64,000 nt of DNA from Octopus sinensis. Its lineage: Eukaryota. The translations under genes were made by a program, and so were the position numbers. The stretch spans positions 70,184,001 through 70,248,000 of the forward strand of contig NC_042997.1 of the NCBI RefSeq assembly GCF_006345805.1, written 5' to 3'. This document shows positions 53,925 through 64,000 of the stretch, in pieces. Under the pieces are notes generated by a model. That model did no database searches and had not been told where the DNA came from. It saw only the letters and a list, made by a program, of their open reading frames with translations. The first letter of the stretch is position 1. Every line of letters starts with the position of its first letter.

Positions 53925-54379
53925 CACGTAAATGTCGAACGATGAAATGAGTGCTCAACACCGCATTGGTGGATATATAGTTTCTTTATTTGTGAATTAA
54001 GGTTACCATTGGTTTCATGTTAAGAAAAGTAGGAAAACATCCTAGTATCTTAGCACATGGAGAAAGGTGTTCGCTTCCATTTTGAAAAACAGTCTCACTT
54101 CGTTTACAGCATTTCTCGTAAATTCTCGTAAATAAAAAAAATGAATCAATTAAAATTTTAGATGTTTGTCTCCCTTGGATTTGTGTTTTGGGTAGATTTT
54201 TTTGTGATTAATTTGTTTGCGTCACTTGCTTTTGTTCTGCATATGGTCTTTTGGCACTTGTAGTTTGAAGTAATTTATCATTGGGGCATATTTCTTCTTT
54301 GTGTGAAGTTTGTACGCTATGTGTATTTTCGTTTAGGAAAGGGGCTATCCCGGTAGGTTTAACCTCGTTTATAGGAGCT

Positions 54380-56150
54380 CTTCTTTTAAATATTCGAGTG
54401 TAAAATATTGCTTGTGTATGCATTCCTAATGTTGATTGTATATTGATTGTATGTTATCTGTTGATGTTATGATGAAAGATGTTATCTGCTGATTGTATAA
54501 TGTTTAATTTTTCAGTAATACAGTGTTCACATTTGGTACACCATCCTCTGTATTTTTTAGCTTTAGCAACATTTTTCCATTCTATCTGGGTGTTGCTTAT
54601 TCCACCTTCTTTTTATTTGATAGAGAAGTCGAATCGTTTTTTGTTTTTGTCTCTGAATGATGTAAGAAGTTGTGTATACTTTCCCTTGAACGAGTTGCAC
54701 GTCATTCCGTTATACGTCTTTGCTCTTCAGTTGGGGTCCGTGATCTTAGCCTTGTATACAAGTTCTTTCTCGAAACAGTTGGGTATTTAGAGGGCAGCGG
54801 TTTGGGGATCTGAAGTTGCATTGTCTTTCTGGGGTGTTTCTTGTGTGTTTATATTTACTGTGATTGAATATTATTGACCCTATATTGGGGAGCCAGCTAT
54901 AGCTAACTTTAAGAGTATTTCTGTTGTGATATTTTTGTGAAAGTGGAAAGTGGTTGTCCATTATTTCCTAGCTACATTCATGTTATAAAGTGGGTTGAAC
55001 CATACGATTATGCTCTGTCTGCGTCTTCTTGGTCTATTTATATTTGGTTCAATATAGTGTATGCTATTCCTGAAGTTGGATCTTTCTAATGGAGCATTAT
55101 AATATGAGGCGGCTTTTTCGAAAGTGCCTTTGCCGACGGATAAATTGGAGACACACCTGCTAATGTTGTTAATTATATGTTTAATTACAGCTGCTGGGTG
55201 GTTGGAACCTAGGTCTATATACGAGGTTTCCTAGTTTTGTTTGTGGTAAGGTTTAAATTTTCCTGTGTGAAGATTCATGTTAATGTCTACGAAGTTAACT
55301 TCTTTAAGGTTTGTATTAACTGTGGTTCTTAGGCCAAATTGGCTAAATATTTTGCATATTTTTTTCCTTATTCTATCCATATCATGTCGGTTTTTATTGT
55401 GTACTACCCCCAGGTCATCGTTCCTATGTAAATTTTCTTTTAATTCTTTTTTAAGGGCATCTAGGATTTAAAGGCCTACAATGTCAGCTATCTCTGCTCT
55501 CCATAGCTCCTCATTGCCATGTCAAATAACTCGTCTCCATTCTTTATTACCCATTAGAAATCATCATGAAACAGTAATGACTTCCTTGCGCTCATAATTA
55601 TGTTTAAATCGATATTTGTCATAGTGACATATGTTTTACTAAATTCAAGTGCCCTCTGAAGCAAGCTTTTGGAGATCGACGGGTAGAACTTTACGATATC
55701 GAATTGTATAAATTTGCATTTGGGTTTATCTTGTATTTTCTAAACCATTCTATAGTTGCACTACTGCATAGCCATTGGGTAAGGTTTGAGTGCGCACTGA
55801 TATGTCGTATAACATTATCTAATGTAGATTTACTAATAATTCCTATTTCACGTTTTGTGGGATTTATTAATCTACAGCACGGAATTTGCGTGAAATTGAT
55901 ATTATGGTATTTCAGTGTTATAAAAGGATTTCGTGGGATAAGATTTTCTACTTTGTCTTCTATTTTAAATGTTGTGGCTAGATTTTTTCATCTACATTAA
56001 TTGAATTATAAGCGGTGGGATTTGTTTTCTTGTATGTTTTAGTTATGTTGTCGGTTAGTAGCTTGTTGTGTATTTGGTTGTTTACTTCGTAAATGTTTTT
56101 TGTTGAAGTTCGTAGTGTGTTTGTGTACTTCGTAAATGTTTTTTGTTTCA
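54380..56150 (-). mobile_element. Decayed Penelope-like element: RT plus GIY-YIG
   Basis: KLLTDNITKTYKK, CRLINPTK-like, KFIQFDIVKFYPSISK, FDMAM(G)SY(D)GAEIADIVG-like, SNHP, IVWFNPLYN, NRNTLKVSYSWLPN and CPLN motifs, with frameshifts and stops. Confidence 0.85.
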
Positions 56151-56344
56151 TAACCAACCATAATAATACATACATACATACATACATACATACATACATA
56201 CATACATGCATATATACATACATACATATATACATACATACATACATACATACATACATACATACATACATACATACATACATACATACACAAATCCCCA
56301 TAACTTAGCAGTGCGGCACAAAAGACATGTGGAATAATTTCCAA

Positions 56345-56450
56345 GCGTATAAGATATGTACCAGGGTCAATTCAGTCTACTAAAATATTTCAGTACAGTG
56401 CCCCAGTATGACCTCTGTCCAATGACTGAAACAAATAAAAGATATAAGAT
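56345..56450 (+). mobile_element. SINE family B 3' fragment
   Basis: …gtgccccagtatgacctctgtccaatgactgaaacaaataaaagatataaga. Confidence 0.5.
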
Positions 56451-57538
56451 TTATGTATGTATGTATGTAAAATTGTTGGTTATGAATTGGTGACATTCAT
56501 TACGACGACAGCAGTGAGAATAAAAACACCAAAAACAATTCTGGTCTTGGACTTTCAACGTGGCGTTACTTTTTCTATATCTGTCAAATTGGGAAAATAA
56601 TAGTATATATTTTTTCTCAACAATATTGCTGACATTGATACTAATAGCATAAACAAAATCAAATTATTCCGAAATCATAATCACCATCATCGTCGTCGTC
56701 GATGTATTCATCATCATCACCACCACCACTACCACCAGCACCAACATCATCATCATCATCATCATCATCGACACTACTACCACCATCATCATCTTCATTA
56801 GGATGTTATCACTCGCATTATAATTGCGAATATCAGAATCCTTCCCCTTTCAGTAGCCGCCACACTGACTTCAGGAAGAACAACCCAAGACAACACAAAT
56901 ATGGTCATAGATATGTTGCGTGGAGGAAATCATAATAGTAAGTCTTAGAATCATTATTGTTGATAATAGTGAAGTGGGGTGTGCAGTTGCCCCAATATTG
57001 GAACTTAATTGGTATCTCTTAACAAGCTGTTCTTACTGCCGTCAATGGTCTTGTTATTTCAATGAATGCTTATATTCCATCGTTTTGATGACGATTAACC
57101 AAGTGGCGGAGACGTCTGTAATAGACATAGTTGATGCTGGCGATGATGATGAAGATGAGGATGATGATGTATTGATGGTAGGCATGACCATTATCATCAT
57201 TATCACCATCGTTGTTATAATGGTTCTTGCGACACCGCCTTCATTTCTTCAAAATCATCGTCATCATAGTTAAAATCACCATCATCATCACACTCATCAT
57301 CGTCGTCATCGTCATCATCGTCATCGCCATCATCATAGATGTGAATAGAATTGTAACATATCACTATAATCAGAGACATCATCATTATCAGTACGAAAAT
57401 CTTGAAAATGTTCACCAATTATTATAACAACAGATGAATATGATGATGACAACGATACCTTACTGCTAATCTTGCTGTTGCTGTTGTTACTGGTGGTGGC
57501 GGTGGTGGTGGTGATGCTGGTGGTAGTGCTTGTGGTGA

Positions 57539-57570
<32 letters not shown>

Positions 57571-57944
57571 TTAATGACGACGAAGGCAACGACGACGATG
57601 ATGATAGGCAAGAGGAGGAAGACAGTGATGACGGTAAGACGACGAAGATAGAATACAACGACGACGACGAAGACCTTGGGACGGAAATAATGGTATTATT
57701 CATTTGACGACGAGATAATGTCAGGATATTATTTAAGCAAGCCAATCAACCAATCTGAACCCCATTAGCCGACTGTGTGTTAGACAATAATAGACGGGTT
57801 TCTGTTCTACATATAGCTTCTCTGTTGCAAGATGAGGAGGTGAGGGGAAAACATGCGTATATATATTAGGTAAAGTTAATTGGAATAATGCAGATATGTG
57901 TAGCAGGGGATAACTATGCAGTAGTTTTAACATAATCAACTCAA

Positions 57945-58035
57945 GAAGAAGAAGAAGAAGAAGAAGAAGAAGAAGAAGAAGAAGAAGAAGAAGAAGAAGA
58001 AGAAGAAGAAGAAGAAGAAGAAGAAGAAGAAGAAG

Positions 58036-58070
<35 letters not shown>

Positions 58071-58085
58071 CGATAATAATGATAA
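57945..58085. repeat. (GAA)n-(CAA)n-(ATA)n compound microsatellite
   Basis: Directly visible. It is the source of the poly-L/V stretch in the spurious 316-aa ORF. Confidence 0.95.
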
Positions 58086-58292
58086 TAATACACATAATTT
58101 TAATAATAATAACAAACACCATTGTCATCATCATAATCATCGACATTATCGTATTCGCCATTTGTCTGGCTCCGAATTTCTTATAACTTTTCAAATGAGA
58201 ATTTTCTTCCCTTCGACGCATGCTTCCATAAATGTTTCCATACATACATGCAAGCATACATACATACATACATACATACATACATACATACA

Positions 58293-58326
<34 letters not shown>

Positions 58327-58340
58327 CATGCATGCATACA

Positions 58341-58374
<34 letters not shown>

Positions 58375-58376
58375 CA

Positions 58377-58410
<34 letters not shown>

Positions 58411-58672
58411 CATGCATACATACATACAAGCTTGTATGTTTGTGTGTGTGCGTGTGTGTGTGTGTATACATATGGAGATAGATACATAGATACAATGATA
58501 GACGATTGAATGAAGAGTGCTAGTGAGCGAGAGAGAGAAAGAGAGTGAGAGAGAGTGAGAGAGAATGAGAATGAGGAAGAAAGATACACATACGTACATA
58601 TGCAGATGGATGTATATGTAAGTATGTATGTATGTATGTATGTATGTATGTATGTATGTATGTATGTATGTA

Positions 58673-59815
58673 TTTGAATGCATTCTCTGATGCTTGCACT
58701 GCCTTAGGATTGACAGTCAATCTCAAGAAAACTGTTGTCATGCATCTACCTGCCCCTGGTAAGCAGTATAGTGTACCAAATATCTATGTGTATGGTAAAT
58801 GACTTGATGTAGTTGATCAGTTTCTCTACCTGGGAAACACTGTTAATAGATATAGCAATTTGGATGATGAAATTTCAATAGAATTAGAAAAGCAAGTGTT
58901 GCTTTCGGAAGGCTAGAAAAGCGCCTCTGGAGTCGGCGAGACATATGCATAAAGACAAAGATAAAGGTGTACAAGGCATGTGTGCTCCTTTCTCTTCTCT
59001 ATGCCTGCGAGACGTGGGTCAAATATCGATACCACCTTAAACAACTGGAACGTTTCCATCAGATGTGCCTCAGACGGATCTATGGCATTAAGTGGAAGGA
59101 CCGCATCAGTGATCTTGAAATAGTGGAAGGCTCTCAGTGTGAAAGTATAGAAGCTCTTGTGTTAAAGCAAAGGCTCAGATGGAGTGGTCATCTGGTCAGG
59201 ATGAAGGATTCAAGGATGTCAAAACAACTCTCTTATGGAGAGTTAGCTAAAGGAGAACGACCTCCATATAAACCAAAAAAGAGGTATAAGGACTTACTGA
59301 AGGCTTCCTTAAGAGATGCTTGCATCTCTCCTGACACATGGGAAGGCATAGCTATTGATCGTAGCAGGTGGAGAAGGATTGTGCACGAGGGGACAGCCAC
59401 TTTTGAGAAATCTCGAGTTGCACATGAGAAAGTAAGGAAGGATGTCAGGAAGGGCATCGCTGTTACACTTCCAGATGGGAAGGGTTTTCCTTTGATGCTG
59501 ACATGCAATGTCTGTGCAAGACACTGCCTCAGTAAAGCTGGACTCAAAAGTCATCTTCGTAGTTATAAAGCGAGACAGATGAGTGACAACATGGCCACCG
59601 GTGGTGGTGTAACGCACCATACTAATCATATCTGTCGGGCATGTGGAAGAGAGTGTAATTCGGCAGGAGGACTTAAACGACATGCAATGGTACATGAAGC
59701 CCAGTTACAACTACAGCCGGTTATTACCGGTAAAGTTATTAGTTGCCAATTCTGTACAAGACATTGTAGATCTTTAGCTGGGCTAAAAAGTCACATTCGA
59801 TCACAGCACCAGTAA
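58673..59815 (+). mobile_element. 5'-truncated RTE(BovB-like) LINE; final 282 codons open, ending in three C2H2 zinc fingers
   Basis: Upstream LGLTVNLKKTVVM, FLYLG. Then YKACVLLSLLYACETW…LERFHQMCLRRI…RLRWSGHLVRM…KKRYKD, and the fingers CNVC-x12-H…(Y), CRAC-x12-HAMVH and CQFC-x12-HIRSQH. Confidence 0.9.
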
Positions 59816-59833
59816 CAATTAAGCTTCGTGCAA

Positions 59834-60263
59834 TGTGGACACCCTTATTCTAGAAATAGATCCGCTATGGTCTTACCTCTAAGAAATGTTCTCAAGAAAA
59901 AATTAGCAAAACAACCAAAACGTAATCGAGCAACACAAAAGAAAAAGCAATAAAAATATGGATTATTCGCATACATGTTTCCCTATTAACATATTACGTG
60001 ATTTTACTTACATAAATATCCGTAGATCATCGGTGCGACCGTCCAGATGAATATAATTTGTAGGACTGCATACTAGGACATTTATGTAAGTAAAATTACG
60101 TAATATGTTAATAGTGAAACATGTATGTGAATAATCCATATTTTTATTGCTTTTTCTTTTGTCTTGCTCGATTACGTTTTGGCTGTTTTGCTAATTTTTT
60201 CTTGAGAACATTTCTTAGTGGTAAGACCATAGCGGATCTATTTCTAGAATAAGGGTGTCCACA
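59834..60263. repeat. Foldback with 188-bp arms and a 54-bp spacer
   Basis: 59,834-60,021 is the reverse complement of 60,076-60,263 with scattered substitutions. Confidence 0.9.
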
Positions 60264-60640
60264 GTTTGTGCCCAAACTACTTTCAGCTGACCAAAACGAC
60301 ACTCGGGTTTCAGTTGCACAAGATCTCCTTGATTGTGTCTAGAACGTGAAAATTTTCTGAAAACTTTGCTCGGGACTCTGAGAAGCTACCGCCTAGCCTT
60401 TTGAAAAATTTGATGCAGATTCTCTACCCAGCTTTCTCTGTCATGGACAATGCGACGATCACACACTGCACACGTTACTTCCAAGCATTGCTGTAAGTAC
60501 TTGGAAGTGAGTTAGAACGTTAAAACTTAGTGCGCATGCACAGCAGAGTTGAAGATCAAGCTGTGCTGAGCGGCTTCACCATGCGTGCTTTAGCTTCGTT
60601 ACTATGGCAACAGTCCGGATACATATTGATCAGACCACAT
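60255..60640 (+). mobile_element. Mariner-derived internally deleted fragment
   Basis: FVPKLLSADQNDTRVSVAQDLLDCV*…NFLKT is characteristic of mariner transposases. A downstream hairpin acttccaag/cttggaagt is present. Confidence 0.55.
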
Positions 60641-60999
60641 GTTCTCTGAAACAGAATGCCTCGCGAAAAGAGAAAATAAATATATAATATTGTTTAGACA
60701 CCTGTTGAGCTCTCAACACTCCTAAACTCTAAGCACATTTCAAAACCCAACCGCTGCGATGTTTTTCACATAAAAACGATTTTATATTGTTACAAACTTA
60801 AAGGTAATTATGATTAAGTAGTATCAGTTACACTGAGCCATTTGATACAACGACCCGATACTTTTCAACTTGTATATTTTACCAATACTGGATGCAGTAA
60901 AAAAGGTATTTGCCCTGGTCACAAATTTGAGGGTATTCCACTGAATGTGTTAAGGATGAGTGTATGGCATGTTCTATTTAGTTAAAAATGTTGGCACAA

Positions 61000-61170
61000 G
61001 GCTAGCAATTTCGGGAAAGAGAGTAGGTAACTCCATTACATCTACTTCAGACTCAACTGGTACTTATTTTATCGACTCCGAAAGTATAAAAGACGAAGTC
61101 GACCTCGGCGGAATTTGAACTCAGAACGTAAAGTGGAACGAATTCTCGCTAAGCATTTGGACCGGCACGG
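61000..61170 (-). mobile_element. SINE family A copy
   Basis: actggtacttattttatcgactccgaaagt…gtcgacctcggcggaatttgaactcagaacgtaaag…gctaagcattt. Confidence 0.75.
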
Positions 61171-61853
61171 TAATGGCATGTTCAGAATTTTCAGTTTCAC
61201 TCCGCTCTCTGTCTCACGACTCTCTCTCTCTCCCTCTCTTGTCCTTCCACACGCGTACACTAGCACACAAACACACACACATACATGCAAAATTGAAATT
61301 AAGATTCAAACTTTGAGAATTACTTTCAATCTTCCCCTGTTCTCTCTATGTCTATCTATCTTGGCCTTTTACTCCCTCATTGTTGTTTTATCGTCGCTAA
61401 TCTCTCAACTTTCTTTTAACCATTGTCACTCAATCTCGCTTTGTTAAACGCTTATTAACTTATTATCTCTCTCTCTCTCTCTCCCTCTCTCTCTCTCTCC
61501 CTCTCTCCCTCCCTCCCCCTCTCTCTCTCTCTCTCTCTCTGTCTGTCTTCCTCTCTACATATTCTAAAATGGTATCGGTGCCTGCTCATAGCTTCATTAC
61601 GGAAGTGGGAGACAACAAAACTACAGCCGCCAATAATACAAAAATGTGATAAAAAAAGTCTAATAACAACATGGCTTCTTCTCTGTTTTACATTTTTCTA
61701 CTTAACTTTGTATTATTTACTTTGATTTAGTATGTAAAATCCTTTGTGAAATGTTAATGCATTTGACATCTGGCAAAGTATAAAATGCTTTAGAATTCTT
61801 GTATGACTGTATAACTGTGTGCTATGCAAGTGTTGAGTTTTTCATTTCTTCTT

Positions 61854-61900
<47 letters not shown>

Positions 61901-62641
61901 GAACTATTAAATATTTGCTTTGAAAAGTTACGTTTTTTGTTGTGACATGTTATGTTTGATTGATTAGACAACGACAGAAAGGAAAAAATTACCTATTCTT
62001 ATATTTTTATTTTGTTGTTATTTATATTTTATGCATGAACATAAATGTTCTCGTTGAATCTGTTGATAGAGTCAAAATACTGTCTGTGTATCAGTAATAC
62101 AAACGTATATTTTGCAGAATGTCTTACAGATATAAGAGTCAAGGAAGCCCGACCCAAGCCCTCCTTCCATTTACCCTAACTTCACTTCACATATCCTATA
62201 TGTCTTAATATTTCCTCAATATAAGAAATTAGTGACTATCTAACCATAATAGGATATATAAATTAGTAACAAACGCATTCATGCAGTTTATGTACAAATT
62301 TCAGTTACCAACAGGCTAGATCGACAGTCCAACAGACAGTAAATGACCCTGCTTTGTCACTTCTGCGGCATCGGAGTCACGTCTGAAATAGTTATTGTTT
62401 GATCCAAGTGTTGTATAGCTTCGCAGTACATTTGGCTGACGACATATATTGTGAGGATTTTCGACTAAATACGAGGGTTTCTATAATTTGAATTCACATC
62501 TATAATTTAATGGCTGATGAAGATGGTGATGGTATTGATGATGATGATATAATCGGCTAGCAAATCCCCATTAATTTGCTGGCCTTGTGCTTAAATTTGA
62601 AACCGTTATAATAATAATAATAATAATTATTATTATTATTA

Positions 62642-62703
<62 letters not shown>

Positions 62704-64000
62704 TGAGACGTCGCACAGTATCCAATATTGTGATGTTGCTGATTGAAGATTTTGTGTCTATCGGGGATTTGTACTGTCTGTCAAGTCACAACAAGAACCT
62801 CAGACAAACAGTTCTTCACGCAATATGCGTGCAGTTCCAAGTAATGCTGATTTTTGCAATACACCTAGATATTAGAGTATTTCTAAAGTTTCCAGATGTT
62901 TCTTCAGGTTGGGTGGTATTGAACCCAATGCTCCGATGACAATAGGGACAACCTTTATGTTTGACTCTCTTAGCGCCTCAACTTGGTGATCTCGATTCTC
63001 AGGTCCCTATATTTATAATTTTTTTCTTTTTCTTTCATGTTGATATCCTGGTACTGCCACATCGATTATTAGGCACTCTTGTTTGTCCCTCCTAAAAGTT
63101 ACTATGTCTGGCCTCCGGTGCTCTAACATCTTGTCTGTCTAGAAGTCAAAGTCCAAGAAGATTTTTGCCCCCTTTCTCGTCCATTACCTTTTCTGGTGTG
63201 TGTTGGTACCAAGAACCCATTACCATGTGTCCATACTTCCGGCATAGTGGCCAGTGAAGATTTTGCGCTAGCATGTCGTATCTGCGCATGTATTCTTTCT
63301 GCGTGAGACTTTCCCAAACAGTGTAACTCACGCTTTCGACTCTCTTCCCACACATTCTGCAGAGGTTCGTAGCACTTGTGTGCTATACATCCCTTTTCAC
63401 TGAGTTGGTATTCAATGCCTGATCATGGGCAGAGATGATTAGGTTTTCAGTTTTCTTTTTTAGGTCACCCTTACTGAGCCACCTCCTTGATGCTACCTGG
63501 TCTCTTAAGTTGTTAGTTTCACGGTGGAACTAACCATGTAATTCCGTGCAGACTCTCGTTGGCTATTCGTGATCGGAATTGATTAGCACTCTCAAGGCCA
63601 TTTTTGGTAAATCCTTCTGCTTTAGCAACATAATGTAACAGGTGTTGTATGCTGTTTACCAAATATTCTGCCATGTTCCTTCTTTCAACGTTGATGCACT
63701 CTCGTACGCTAGCAGACCACGTCCAACTTTACAACTCTTCATGTAGAGACTGTTTACGTTCACCTTAGGTAGAGGGCAACATATACTGTCATCGTCTTTC
63801 GGGCAGTGTGATCGAGCTGGTTATTCTCCGTTCGTGGCCATTTCAGGATGGGTGCACTATAGTGAACTATCGCAACAGCCCATATGCTGATGGCAGTCAT
63901 AAGGTTCCTTAAGATGAGTTTTGACTTCAAGAGAAGTTTGAGGCGCTTCAAATACGCAGTGATGACCTTGTCTTTCATTACTATGTGCAAGAAAATTTTC
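62704..64000 (-). mobile_element. Decayed R4/Dong-type LINE 3' part, running off the window, with a (TAA)n tail
   Basis: YLKRLKLLLKSKL..RNLMTAISIWAVAIVHYS and MCGKRVESVS…QKEYMRRYD…LHWPLCRKYG…WYQHTPEKV, with (ATT)n at ~62,608-62,701 on the plus strand. Confidence 0.9.

Noticed and set aside
53990-54060. Possible hammerhead downstream of the 54-56 kb PLE (…GAAACC-AAT-GGTA on the minus strand)
   Set aside because: There is no intact CUGANGA core and no convincing stem I.
759-58741. Dozens of ORFs rich in MYVC, IYIY, HTHT, IYLS or homopolymers, including 32,928-33,863 (311 aa) and 57,733-58,683 (316 aa)
   Set aside because: They are translations of (TA)n, (CA)n, (TATG)n, (TCTA)n and trinucleotide repeats, which lack stop codons in several frames.

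Overview
AT-rich, microsatellite-dense eukaryotic DNA. The repeat landscape strongly resembles an octopus/cephalopod genome, though this is inferred from recognising repeats, not proven. No host protein-coding gene can be supported, so the window looks intergenic or intronic, and nearly all listed ORFs are microsatellite artefacts. It is a graveyard of mobile elements: Penelope-like retroelements (PLEs), two RTE-type LINEs ending in three C2H2 zinc fingers, R4/Dong-type LINE pieces beside (TAA)n, CR1/L2-type LINE pieces, two DD37D maT copies, a DD36E Tc1 copy, a mariner fragment, hAT and TA-flanked MITEs, and many SINEs. The standout is a ~7.7 kb foldback (32,072-39,729) built from one PLE family. 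It has ~3.5 kb inverted arms around a 470-bp spacer, an uninterrupted GIY-YIG endonuclease frame given a new in-frame ATG by the inversion junction, a ~3.4 kb microsatellite-laden 3' region, and a type I hammerhead ribozyme motif near each arm end. A miniature foldback of the same family at 1,666-2,698 has the same hammerheads and the same arm asymmetry. Three local templated-insertion-like duplications and several further foldbacks were also found.
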